The notes beneath the pieces are model-generated. The model worked only from the letters and a program-made list of their open reading frames with translations. It had not been told where the DNA came from and made no database searches. Both the position numbers and the translations under genes were made by a program. A stretch of DNA of 64,000 bases from Podarcis gaigeae (lineage: Eukaryota): the NCBI GenBank assembly GCA_964106915.2, contig OZ066915.1. One strand, written 5' to 3'. Positions 1-12,881 of the stretch are shown one piece after another (position 1 is the first letter of the stretch; each line of letters starts with the position of its first letter).

Positions 1-29
1 AAGGGGGAGAAAAAGGGGAAGAACAAACA

Positions 30-1100
30 CACAGGAGACTATTTATACAAACTCATGTTCCTGGAAGCCTAATGACCTCCAGCTGCTCAGTGATTAGAGC
101 GTTTCTGCTACCTTTTAACCCTTTGATAGCAACAAAACTTAGCAAGGACAGTGCCTGCCTAATTTCTAATGGTAGGGAGTTCCTTAGAGTAAGTCTGTTA
201 CAATGGAGGCATGACTTCTTGTTGACATGAGTTGTGCTTCTGGTCCATGGGGGACCACACTTCCCCGGGTGATCTCACTGATCAACCTGGGACATATGGG
301 CTAAAGCAGTCAGTAAGGTATCCTGAGCCCAGGTTGTTCAGGACTTTGTACATGGTAGCAGATGGGAAGCCAGTGCAAGTCTTCGAAGTCCGTTGTCATG
401 TGTTGGTGGTAGTCTGTTTCTATCACCAGTCTAGCCAGAACATTCCACAATAGTTGAAGCTTCTGGATGAAACACAAAGGCATAGTCTTGAGGTTATCAA
501 TACACATGGAATTTAGTAGCCAGGTCATCCCTAATCAGGAACTGCCACACTTGGTGGGTATCCAAAAAAAGAACTCCCAGTCACTGAGGCCACCAAGTTA
601 GTTCCAGGAGTACCCCCAAACTATGTACCTGCTCCTTCAGGAGGAGTGCAGCCCTATCCAGAGTGGGCAACTGCCCTCTCTCTTGTATCTGGGAACCAGC
701 CTCAGAGTTGGATCCAGGAGCACACCTAGTCTACAAACCTGCTCCATGACAGGAGTACAACCCAATAGGAAGGCAACTGTCCCATTATTGAGACTTGGGA
801 ACCACTTACCCGCAGCATCTTCATCTTGCAATGATTCAGACTCATTTTTTTGGCCTTTACCGAGTCCACACTCTGGTCCAGGGCATGCACAGTCTCTCCT
901 GATTCAGATGGGGTGTGAGCCTCTAGGCCAGGAAAGTTTCAAGAGTCTTGGCACTGTGTAGGAATCTAGGCCGCCAAATCCTCTGGGACATCTATTGAAA
1001 TGCCCCATCCTATCTGCCAGTCAACATGGGATAGGATCATTATAATGAGCCTTTAGCTACTGTCGCTACCCTTTGTCATGTGCACTGGGGACCCAATTAT
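30..1100 (-). mobile_element. Degenerate L2/CR1-clade LINE fragment
   Basis: Minus-strand peptides LEDLHWLPICYHVQ and EQVCRLGVLLDPTL resemble the LHWLP and VRSLGVLLDP motifs of the L2/CR1 ORF2 C-terminus. Frames are broken and boundaries are approximate. Confidence 0.6.
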
Positions 1101-2149
1101 GTGCACCAAGGGTGGAGAGCTCTTACTCCTCTGCAAGAACTGTGTCAACATCTGTTAAAGCTGGGCGGGCTCTCTGCCACAAGCCTACTTTGAACAGACT
1201 GTATATTATCAGTACATGTGGGAACATAAATGAGCTGTGTGGAAGTCTGTTGCCATGGAAACCTTCCTCTTTGGGACTGCCTTGATCTACTTGATATGAC
1301 TGGAGCTGACTTACTGGCCTCTGCAAGAGGGAATGTGGAGTCCCGGGTTCTGTTGCCAGTTTGACTGTGGACCTTTTTTGGCACCTGTTGGCAAAGCCCC
1401 TTTAACATTGTGCTTCCGTACTTGTGGCAGCTTTTTGACTCAGGGTTATGAGCATGTTGGGCTGATTCATTATCCGATAATTAATGAGCCAGCAGTGCTT
1501 AGGGTCATTATCTTGCAGGGTCAGAGCATGAACATTTGGCAGCAAGCTTGTTTAAAATGGAGGCGCAGAGAGTGCTCTGAGGTGCTAGCCTTTTTAGAGC
1601 CACTGCCCTGGGCAATTCAAGAAATCAGCCCTAATTTGGTAGTGATGGAAACTAGAATATTGAGATTACCTTCTTAGAGGCCTATGAATAAATGGAAGGA
1701 AGTGTAGAATAGAGCTCCCCCCCTCCCCGGGTTATGACTTTTTGCTTTGTGATGTTTAACTTATTTTTTTAGTTGATGATTTAAGTGTTTTATGAATTGT
1801 AATTGTTTTCCTGATTAACAAATAATATTCTATGTTGTTTATGGTGTATTTGTGATGTATTATGCTGTATCATATTATTGTTATTTATTGTTCGTAATTA
1901 TATTGTTCGTATTATATAAATCTAATAAATCTAATAAATTTATTATATAAATATAATAAATCACATCAAATCAGTGCATTGAGCTCTTACAGTGGGCATT
2001 TAGGCTTACTCATGCAGAGGATGAGAGTGCCTTCTGCCATCATTTAGTGCCTTCTGCTAGCTTACCTGACTGGTACACCAACGATGACTATACTTGGACA
2101 GAGATAGCCTGGCTTCAGTGATCTTGGTGTGTCTTGGTAACCTAATTCG

Positions 2150-3010
2150 GTCACTGTGAGGTGTTGTATGTTGGACTGCCTTTGATGATTGTCCAGAAAC
2201 TCCAGATAGTATAGAATACAGCTGCAAGAGTACTATTTGTTATACGGGACTGCCTCTCCTGGTATGCCCCACGAAGGACCTTAAGGTCCACATATAGCAA
2301 CACCCTAGAGGTCCTGGGCCCTAAGGAAGTTAGATTAGCTTCAACCAGAGCCAGGGCCTTCTCAACTCTGGCTCCGGCCTGGTGGAATGCTCTGTCTCAT
2401 GAGACCAGGGCCCTGCGGGATCTGATTTCTTTCCGCAGGGCCTGTAAGACAGAGTTGTTCCACCTGGCCTTTGGCTTAGAATCAGTTTGATTCCCTCCCC
2501 CTCTTTCTTTTTCCTTTCTCCTCCTATGAAGAGACTGCATCCTAATGTTTTATTTAATGTTGTATCTTAATCTTTTAAATTGTATTTTAATCAACTTGTT
2601 TTTATTATTGGTTGTTAGCTGCCCTGAGCCCGGTCTTGGCTGGGGAGGGCAGGGTATAAATAAAAAAATATTATTATTATTATTTGGGGCTGGGTACTAT
2701 GAGCCTATTATGCCAACTACACTGGTGCCCAGCGTGTTGCCAAGCCCAAATCAGAGTGCTGATTCTGACCTTCCAAGTCCTTCATAGTTTGGGATTGCAG
2801 TATCTGAAAAACTGCTTTCCCTCCTTATGTACCTATATACTCTGAGATCAACAATGGGGATCCTTCTCTGAGTGCCACCACAGCTGAGATACAACAGGTG
2901 ACTACGAAAAAAACCTGGGCTGCTCAGTAGTGGCTTGCCAGAGAGGTTCTCTCTGCTGCCTAGCTAGACGTCTTTTCGTCCCCAGGCAAAACCCTTTCAT
3001 ATTCTCACAG
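2150..3010 (+). mobile_element. Nested L2-type LINE 3' ends (younger copy ~2241-2683 with (TTA)n tail inside an older copy)
   Basis: RAFSTLAPAWWNAL-like coding remnant, then a T-rich 3' UTR ending in ttattattattatt at ~2670. Older L2-like sequence (ccagaaactccag...cagctgcaag; cactggtgcccag) flanks it on both sides. Confidence 0.55.
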
Positions 3011-5060
3011 GTTTTTAAAATCTGTCGCTTTTAATTTCTTTATCTACTCCCCCCCCCCCTTTTGTATGTGTGCTTGTTTTCTTTTCTGGAATTTGTTTTC
3101 CTATCTGAAATGTTGCTGCCTCTTTTAATGCTGTTTCTGTATTGCATTTATTTTTTGTGATTTTTTCTTGTTTTAATATTTCTTTGCCCATAACCCAAAG
3201 AATAACTAAAGCAAACAGGCAAGCAAGCAAACAAACAAACAAATAAATGGATACAATTTTAAACAGTAGATGGGAAGATATAATAATTCCTGGGTGTAGG
3301 AAACTATCTTATCAGGACTAGTCTAGCCTATTGCTTGCTGTGATGGTTTCTGCTCAGGGTTGTTTTTGTTGGACTTCTGGGAGCATTCGGAAAATATGGT
3401 TCTCTACCTGCTGTCAGAAGTTCACCTTTATTTTGCTTCATGTGTAAACCAGACCTTGATCTGTGGCATTGGGAGACCAAACATTCATTTGCAAACAGTT
3501 AACAGCAGGCTTTCAGGCTCCCTCCTAGTAATGCCGAGTATTCAAAGCCTTCACACCTGCTCAGGAAATGATGCTGTCCTGCCCATCTTGCTTCCCAAAT
3601 ATCTTTTCCAGTTTCCTCCAATTCAGCTGTTTGTGCTTCCAGCTCATCTCTGAGCATGTTTCCAATTTAGCTCCCTGATACGCTGCCTCATCAGAATAAA
3701 TCTGTGCCAAGATACTTACTTCAGTTCTTGCCCTGAGAAATCACCAAACAGTTTAAGTCACGAGTCCTGCCTTTAGTTAGAGGGGACACAGAGGATTGTT
3801 ACTCCTTATATTATTGCCTCTATGAGGAGGCAAAAATAGCAAGTCATATATGCTTGTTTCTCTACTGTTCAGCTCTGCCAGCTAGGTCTGGAGACAAGTA
3901 TAAAGAAACTGGGTGACATTTCTGAATGTTAGGTGTCTTGAGATTTATCCTACCCCGAGAGTGCCCACTCATACATCACCAAGAAAGAGTAAACCTTACC
4001 AAAAAGCGGTAAAAAAACCCATACAAACCTGTAGTAAATCTGTATGTGCTAATTCATATGTATCGATGCAGATTTAGAAAGAACTGATATTTTAGGTAAA
4101 AGTACAATATATCTATCTCATCCATAGTGGGAAAGATTGACCAGGTGACCTGTGTGCCTCTCAGTCCACTGCTGAGGGGCAACTTCAAAGACAACCCCCC
4201 CCCCTTGGTTCTTTATCTTTAAACTGGATTCTGACCAGACAGCCCAAATAGAAAACTGTCCTCTCCATAGGGGTGCCCAAACTTTTTTCAAAGAGGGCCA
4301 GATTTGATGAAGTGAACATGCGTGAGGGCCAACCAAAGTTGTTGAAATTTTTTTAGGATTGAAGTTGTTGAGCATTTTTTACAATTTTACCCCAAAGTTG
4401 CTGAGCTTTTTAAAGGATTTTTACCCCAGAACATATACGACCAGCGGGCTGGATTAGGCCCCTGAAACGGACTTTGGACATGCCTGCCATAGTAGGACAC
4501 ATGGCCAGCCTATCTGCCCCATGGAAGCTGGCAAGCATTAGGTTGTGGCAATGAAGACAGAGAAAGTGTTGTGAATCCATGGTTCCATGGCAATGCTGAA
4601 TCTTTACCTTCCTGCGTACATGGTCATGCTGTGTGAGTGCTGAACTGTGAGGCTGGGCTAGCATATTCTTGAAGCGCCATCAGTGGCCACATCATAGCAA
4701 GAGCACACCTCAGTGAGGGAGAGGTGTCAGTGGTTCCACACACAGCAAGAGGGCTGGAACTCAGGGCAGTGGTGGAGCTGACATGTCAGCATCTGATATG
4801 TGCCTTCCTTCCTTCCTTTCCTGCCTGTTAACCAACTGAACATCAGACTGTACTCTTAACTACTCTAGAGCTAAAATAAAGGTCCTGTTCTGTGTGAGAG
4901 GGAAATTGCAGTTGCATCATCACTATTACAATTTGACAGACCAAGGCTGAATCCTGCTAGGGAGCGCCTTTCCTCATTGTGGTCCCATCAAATATCATAC
5001 CAGACTCGTGTCCTGTTCTGATTGGCCTGTTAAGCTACAAAAATATGCTACCAGCTTATA

Positions 5061-5291
5061 CAGTGGTACCTCGGGTTAAGAACTTAATTTGTTCTGGAGG
5101 TCCGTTCTTAACCTGAAACTGTTCTTAAGCTGAGGTACCACTTTACCTAATGGGGCCTCCCGCTGCCGCCGCACGATTTCTGTTCTCATCCTGAAGCAAA
5201 GTTCTTAACCCAAGGTACTATTTCTGGGTTAGCTGAGTCTGTAACCTGAAGTGTCTGTAACCTGAAGCGTCTGTAACCCGAGGTACCACTG
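5061..5291. mobile_element. Tc1/mariner-type MITE
   Basis: TIRs cagtggtacctcgggtta...taacccgaggtaccactg flanked by TA on both sides (5059-5060, 5292-5293). Confidence 0.85.
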
Positions 5292-6295
5292 TATAGGATT
5301 CTGACTGCAGTTGACCAAGTGGGCCAGGGGAGGCTATCAGTGATCATCACTGGAGCAGGATGTTCCTAGGGACAGTAGAAGCTGCCACCAGTATATAATG
5401 TATCGAGCAGTGGTGAGAAACTTGGCACCCTCCATATGTTGTTGGACTCTTGCTCCCATTGGCCGCAGCATGGTCCACGGTCAGGGATAATGGGAGTTGT
5501 AGTCCAACTGCATTGGCCGGAGATGGTGGGGAGGCACAGGTTCCCCAGCCCAATATAGGCTTTCCAAGAGTTCTTTTATTGGCGGCTAAAATAAGGAAAT
5601 GATTTACAGTAGCCTTGGTGAGAGAATAACTGGTGGCTGTGCAAGTATTGTCAGTTTTGGAGCTCCTCCTTTGCCATCCAGCGTGTTTATTTTCGTTTTC
5701 CACCCTACTGCCTGAGGCAGGAGGAGGAGCTAGATATGGGAGTCAGCTTGTCATCAGAGGAGAATAACTTAGGCTTCTGTGAGGAGCAGGTCTGGGTGGA
5801 TCCTGCCTCCTTGTTGGGAGTTGCTTCTTCCTGCTGAAGCATCTCCCGCATTTGGACTCTGCTCTGGCTGGGTGAGTAAATAGGTCAGTAAAAGGGATAC
5901 AGGAGACGGGGCCCGTAGTTAGCTGTAGAGCAGGGGTGGGGACCTTGCAGCCCTCCAGATGTTGTTGGGCATTTATGCCCATCAGCCTCAACTAGCAAGG
6001 CCAGTGGTCAGGATTGATGGGAGTTGTAGGCCAACAACAGCTTCTGCACTCCCTACCCCTCCCGTAATATCAGTGGCTTCTATTGGTGTGCTTGACTACC
6101 AAAGCTTAAGAGGACTTGTTTCCTAGCATGGTGTCACTAGGAACTGGTGTGAGGACCTTTCGCTGACAGGAATGGATTGGGATAGATTTTTAGCCTGCTG
6201 TCCCTACAGGCTGGTGGGAACAAACATATCAATAACTTGTGTGCCTGTGTGACTTCTTTTGGCAGTGCTGGCATTCCGCTTGTCGTTAAATCTCC

Positions 6296-9200
6296 ATGGC
6301 AACAGCACAGGCTTCTCATGTGACCTGTGACCCTGGCAATTGTCTTTTTGATCCTTACTCTCTGGATTCTGAGCCTGACGACGGCAGCATGGGCAGCGTG
6401 GGCAGCCTAGTAGAGAAACAGGATTTCTTGCCAACTGCTCCAGGAGGTCTGCGCGGCATGCGTCAGCCAGATGGGCTGCTCCGGAAAGGAATGTCACAGC
6501 GTGAAGTTTTTGGCTACTTGCATGGGGGCAAGCGGGACACCCGGGCTGAGAAGAAGCACCAGTCGTCTGGAGGTGGCTTTAAACGGGACTATGAGAGTGA
6601 CCGGGAGAACCAGTCCCCCGAGCGGTATTTCCGGGACAATCAACGGGCAGCTGATTTCTCCAAAAGCTCCTTGCCTGAACGTGGACGCTTTGACAAGGTG
6701 AGCAAGCTGGGGGTGTGGTTTTAGGAAGGAAGAGAGAGTTTCTTGGCAGAGACTGATTGGAAGGGGAATGGGGTGGGGCTTCTTGGCATAAATCCAATGC
6801 ATTTTCCCACCAGTAGTCCTACAGTATTTCTGATGTGTTGAAACAGAAAGCCTTTAGCTGTACATAGGGTCCAGCAGTGTGTGATGTGGGGATATTGGAT
6901 TAATGGGGTGTTTTGGAGGTCAGGAACTTGCAGTCCTCCAGGTGTTGTTGGACTCTAACTCCCATTAGCCAAAGCAAACGGTCAGGGCTGTTGAGAGCTG
7001 TAATCAAACAATATATGGGGGGGGGCACAGGTTCTCCACCACTGCATTGGAGCATAGGAGGAGCTAATGGACCCGGAGGGACCTAGATCTAAGGAGATGC
7101 TGTTTATAGTGGACAGAACAACTAGATTGGCTACTGTTGCTGTACTGTTGCTATCGGTGGACCCTAGGATACACTTGGCCTCATGGCCACCAAATTCCAC
7201 ATCGTCTCCAGTATGCTGCTGCTGCTGGCCAGGGAGTGCCCAGCCTCCTTGGTCAAAGAAGTAGGCTGCCCTGGCCTGAAACTTGTTCTTCTTTAAGGCC
7301 TATGCCATTTATCTTCAACATCTGAACGAGGAAGTAGTTGAGGGGCGATCAGTAGGGAAAACCAATCTATATAACAGGGCAGCAACCCTTTTTTAGACCA
7401 AGGGCTACAATCCTTTTGGGGCTACAGGCCAGTGTTGGGTGGGGCCAGAGGCAGAAGTGGGCAGAGCAACAACAAATGTGAATTTTACTTTTGTGCAGGT
7501 GGCTAGTTTCCAGGTGGCAAGCGACAAGTATTATCAATTTCAATCAAGCACACGCTGCAGCCAAGCAAAAACATTCAGGGCAGTATTTCCCACCCCCAAT
7601 AACCATCACTTTATTAATGCAGCAAAATGAGTACAGTGGTACCTTGGGTTAATTACTTAATTCGTTCCGGAGGTCTGTTCTTAACCTGAAACTGTTCTTA
7701 ACCTGAAGCACCACTTTAGCTAATGGGGCCTCCCGCTGCCGCCGGAGCACGATTTCTGTTCTCATCCTGAAGCAAAGTTATTAAACCAAAGTACTATTTC
7801 TGGGTTAGCAGAGTCTGTAACCTGAAGTGTATGTAACCTGAAGCATATGTAACCCAAGGTACCACTGTACTCCTAAGGCATGTGCAAATGGATCTGCATT
7901 GTCTGAGAAAATAGTCTTCTCTGATGAGGGAGTGCACCTCATCATCTGTTTGGTATCTTCTGAGCTCCGAGTGTTGGCAACGCTGATGAACGAACAGTAG
8001 ACAACAACCCAGGCTCACCACTTTAGCTTCAGCATCAAGTCACACATACTGAAAATCATTCCCAGTAGATTCATGTAGTCTGGTGTGGGGTCTTCCAGGA
8101 TAGGGTTGTTCTCTGTGGACAGAGGTTTGTATCTGAGAATGTGATTTGGCCACTGTGGGTTCATTATGTTGTTACTGGCCATTGTGCATTGCCTATGGCT
8201 ACTCTGAACAGCCCCCATCGCAACACTAGCTTCCGCTTCTCTCACTACTCAGAGCAGTATTAAAAGAAATAATTTCATGAGCAGAACTACTTCTGCTTGC
8301 ACAATGGGACTCCCACCCCCCACCATGTGAGGTGTGCGCCTCCCCAGATTTGCTCCGGAGTGTTGGGGCAACCCCTAAATCAGATTTGGGGGACAGGGTG
8401 GAGGGAGAAGAGGGGGAGATTGTTGCACAGGGAGAATTCCGTGTGCTGATGGAATGTTCACCTGAGCACCATATTGAATTCCACCATAGCGCTATATTGA
8501 ATTCCATCCTTGAGGCAGGTCCAGTAGCGGGTGTGGCTGAGGAAGGGTGTGTGGCTTGAGAAGAGTCCCAGTGGCCAGATAAGAGACCTGGAGGACCACA
8601 GTTGCCCCCTAGGCCTGCTGTTTTGCACCCCTGCTATATAGAACCAACTCTATAAATTGTGGCAAGAACACGTTGACCTCCTTCCATCCCTGCTTTGCTC
8701 ATGGGCTGATGTACCTGCTAATGGCTCTTGTGTTCCTTCCAGTGTCGGATAAGACCCTCTGCCTTCAAGGTGGTGTCTGGGAAGAGCTTGTTGTCCATGC
8801 CGGGGCTGTCATCAGCCAAAGGCCAGAAGCTGTCCAAGAGCAACGGGAGCCTGCACACGCTGCTGACCCAGAGCAGCACCAGCAGCTCCTCGCAACGCGG
8901 CCCTCTCCGCAGCCACCTGCTGCACACCATCAGCCTGGACGAGAGCACCAACTCTATCCAAAGCTTCCCTACCTACACTCCCCGTTTCAAACCTGCTCCA
9001 ACCCAGCTCAGTGCTTCCGTAGGCCACATCAACCACATTGGCGGTTCCTTAGACAGGGCTTCTCGGGGGCCACGGGACCCTTTGGCTGTAGACAAAGCAC
9101 CTCTGTCTTGCAAGAGCCTCAGCCGCCTGCAGAGCTCTGGGGAACCACCCCCTCCGTATGAACCCACATACTCCTTGGAAGATGTGGTGAAGCAGCTCGA

Positions 9201-12200
9201 GGACCGGCTGACTGAGAAGGGCATGGAGCTCCGCCAGCTTAAGAGAAATCTGAGTGAGAATGATGATCCCTTCACACAGGTGGGTGGATTTTCACCACAG
9301 GATGGGCTTACTTGGTCCTGTGGAAACTACAGTCTGCTCTCCCTTTCCTTATTTTGCCTTCTCTTTTTTGGATCTTGCATCATCTTCCGTTCCTAAAGCA
9401 TCCGATCCTTAATTTGCATCCCACATACATCACTGTCAGCCATGTCACCCTTCTCTAGGCTTGCTAGTAGCCACTTTCCTGGATGCCTGTGGTGAATAAG
9501 AATGGCCTCAAGGCAATGGAGAAGCTTTTCTATGGAGTAAGAAAGCTGGTTGCTCCTACACTGCTTTCAGGCTTTCAAAGTGCCATACAGATTACTAACA
9601 TGGGTATGTTGGGGCAGGTGGACTAGTAACAGTACTTCATTGCAAGCCTGCTTATTTGCAAATCTCTCAGTGTCTGATTTCCACTCCTATCTGGAACCAA
9701 TTCCTGCCACCAATCTAATCCTGAGCTACTTTGAAAGAAAGGGTGGGATATAAATTTAATTAAAGAATTCCTTGCACATTCCTCATAAAGTATATAACAG
9801 AAATAGAGGAAAGGAAAAAATAGTTTACATAGGAGATGTGTGTGAAGTACCGTGTGTGCCAGTGGAAGGAAGGAGTAGAGCATGTAATCGTCGTGGTGAA
9901 GCTTTTCCACACAGAAATGGGTTATATTGAAATGCGTGTTGATGAGGGATCTCCTCTGTGGAGCAGACTGTAGAGCTGAGAAGTTGAGCTCCAATTTTTC
10001 TGCCTGGTCTGATTTTATTTATTTTACTATATGTATATGATCATTGAAAAACATCTTATCTTACATTGGTCCCAGCACCAGTGTCAAGGGAGCTGAACTC
10101 CCCACAGTGAAAGACAATGGCCAAATTGTGTTACAGGCAGGGGTTTAAAAACAATTGTGCAATTATGTTCATAAAAGTGACTTGCCCAATTGTCCCTATG
10201 TGAATAATTTGTGTGGTCTAAAATATTAAAGAACTACTTTTGGGGGCAAACTTTTCTGCTTGATTTCCTTGAAGGAATTCTTAGCCTCCCTAGGCTGTCA
10301 GGTAAATGATGCTTCATAGCCCCTTTTTGTTTTACTTGGTTTTGTTTTGAAAGTCTTCTTTTTTGTTGATGATGTGGAGAGCACAATAGAGTGAAAAAGT
10401 GAACTGCTCAGATAATATTGCAGGGTTTTGCTGCCCATCCATATCTTCTGTTTGGAACATGCAGTCTTACTGAGTGTCAAGCTATGCTCTGGGGACAGAA
10501 TGACTTGGCAGTTCTGCTGTCACTGGACTGTGTTTTGCTCTACCATCCTTAAAGTGCCAAGGAGTTACACATCATGAATAATGGAAAGCTGCTCCTTTTC
10601 TGAATCATAACATATGTTAATTAAGTTTATACAGTCATACATATTCAGGGTGATTATAAATGAGCTGACTTATTCTGAAGCAGGCAGCCTCTTCTTACCA
10701 GTCCTGTCTATAAACAGACTGGCAGCAGAATCTCAGGATGTAGACTCTCCCCAGTTCTGCTATCTGGATCCTTTCAGAGGTAACCAATGTGGTCTCTCTA
10801 GATGTTTCCATACTACAACTCCCATCATCCATGACCATTGGCCATGCTGGCTGGGGTTGATGGGGGCTTGGAATCCAACATCTGCAGGGTACTGTGTTGG
10901 CTATGCCTTTTACCTTGTGATGCTATGGACTTAAACTGAGACATTTAAAGAATGAGTCCTAGAGTAGAATAGATTTGCCTTCCATAGAAAGCCTGAGCTT
11001 TCTGGATTGGGATAACCTTTGGACTGAGAAAAGCCACTGATTTGCCAACTGAATTTGGCCATTCATCTCAAGGGCTGACGTAAGACCCCTCCATGATCTT
11101 CTCTCATTTTGACAGATGTTTGAGGATAAACAGCGCTTGTGGATGGATGAGCTGGATGAACTGAAGCAGATGTATGTAGCCAAGCTGCAGCAAGTGATGC
11201 AACAGGCCCAACGCAGCCAGCGGGCACTTCAGCTGCAGCTCTACAAAGCTCAGCAGGAAAAGAAACGGCTGCAAGAAGAGCTGGACCTTCAGCAGAGGCA
11301 GTGCGAGGAGCTGAGGCTGCAGCAGCAACAGGCAGAGCGCCTGAGCCCCAAGTTGGAGGAGACCCAGTGGGAGGTGAGTGGGGGAAACCCATACAGAGCA
11401 CGGTGCCAATGTCCACTGTGATCCTGGCTCTTCTTTGCTCCTCAGCATGCTCATATTCTACTGGTGTCCATGCATCCCCATCTGGGAGTGGAGGCTGCCA
11501 GTTCTATTGAACTCTGGTGTTTTTGCAAAGCAGATCAATTCTTACTAGACAGCTGGCAAAGTTTTTGTGGCTACTGCTTCCCTCTTGCCAAGCTGTAGAA
11601 CTAAGTTTTCACATGCAAAGCCTTATGTTCACAATCCTATCTGAGCAACTCCCAACATCTCCCTTTCTCTCTAGTCTTTGTTGTTGCTTGGTTGACTTTG
11701 CTGTGGGCATGACATTGTCCTTTGGAAATATTCCAACCCTTTCCCTCTGCTGTGCTGCAGCACCCAGGATCCAACAGCTCACTGCTTCTCTTTGTCTAGT
11801 CTTATCCCCTGTTCTCACCCTAATGTACTGTTTTGACAGGTCTGTCAGAAGACTGCAGAGATTTCATTGCTCAAGCAGCAGTTCCGAGATGCCCAGGAGG
11901 AGATAGCCCAGAAACTGGGTGAAATCTTCAGCTTGAAAACACAGCTGCGGGAGGTCCGAACAGAGCTGCAAGCCAAGGACTCACAACTGGCACAGTTGGG
12001 GGACTCTTTCCAAACCTTGCCAGAGCGCAGCTCCCCTGTTCCTCCACGGGACTCTCCCATGCAAGCATGCCAGGACTTTTTGGGTTGTGAAACAGATGAC
12101 TCTAAAAGTCAGGGGATGCAGGGGGAGAGCTCAGAGGGCGCTGAGTGGCTATGGGGAGAATTGCTGCGCGAGAGGCGCCAGGCCCAGCTACAAGCTGCAA

Positions 12201-12409
12201 ACTTTGAGCAGGAGCGGAAAACTTGGCAAAAGGAGAAGGAAAAAGTCCTGCGCTACCAGCGGGAGATTCAGGCCAGCTATATGGAGATGTACTACCGGAA
12301 CCAGACACTGGAGAGGCAGCTAAGTGAGTTCCGGCAGTTCCAAGCTGAGCCCAGAAGTATCAGCTCGGAGCCACCTTGGATTGAAAGAGTTGAGTCCTCA
12401 AAGATCTGA
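6296..12409 (+). CDS. N4BP3: NEDD4-binding protein 3 (Fezzin/LZTS family), 4 coding exons, ~588 aa
   Basis: Exons 6296-6697, 8743-9279, 11116-11373 and 11840-12409, all GT-AG and phase 0. The peptide has MATA...[31 protein letters not shown], a PPPPY WW-binding motif, the Fez1 coiled coil [16 protein letters not shown] and C-terminal ESSKI. A likely acceptor for an upstream non-coding exon ends at 6265. Confidence 0.95.
7634..7867. mobile_element. Tc1/mariner-type MITE (same family as 5061-5291)
   Basis: TIRs cagtggtaccttgggtta...taacccaaggtaccactg with a TA target duplication; internal sequence is nearly the same as the 5061 copy. Confidence 0.85.
7938..8182 (-). pseudogene. WDR83OS: Processed pseudogene of PAT complex subunit Asterix (WDR83OS/PAT10)
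   Basis: Minus strand reads [80 protein letters not shown]. This is colinear with Asterix (MSTNN...RYKP...[51 protein letters not shown]). No introns, in-frame TGA at 8017-8015 in place of Cys, and the C-terminal ~25 aa are missing. Confidence 0.9.
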
Positions 12410-12881
12410 ACAGTATGCAAGGGGCTCTGTGCTGGAATTACAAAGGGGAGAGGTACCACACAGCAGCATGGACCTTAGGGTTTTGGTAGAAGTGGTTAAA
12501 CTAAAGGGCTGGTTAACCTCGCCCATAGAGGATTTTGAAGACTGCTGCTGTCCATGGAATGGAATCCCAGCATTGCACCTGGCATTTTCTGTCCGTCCAG
12601 GTAGGCCTTTGCCTCCCTGTCACTGCTGTTTTGGAGGGCAGAATGCTTTCCTGTTGTGTCCTGCTTTGTGCCCACACTGGCACTGTCTGTCAGGATGGAA
12701 GGCTTGTTATTGTGGAATGTGAACAGCCACGATTGGGAGCTATGGCCCTTCTTGAAAAGATCTGAAGAAGAATGTGCAAATGATGGTGCCACCAAGTAGT
12801 GAGCCCTTCGTGGAGCTTTGGCTGTCTCTCTTCACAACTTGAGACTTGGCCTGTTGTGCTGAGAAGCAGCGGTGGGGCAAG

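Noticed and set aside
8015-8017. In-frame TGA at a conserved Cys in the Asterix copy as selenocysteine
   Set aside because: The copy is intronless and 3'-truncated, with no 3' UTR that could hold a SECIS element. A single TGY>TGA nonsense change is simpler.
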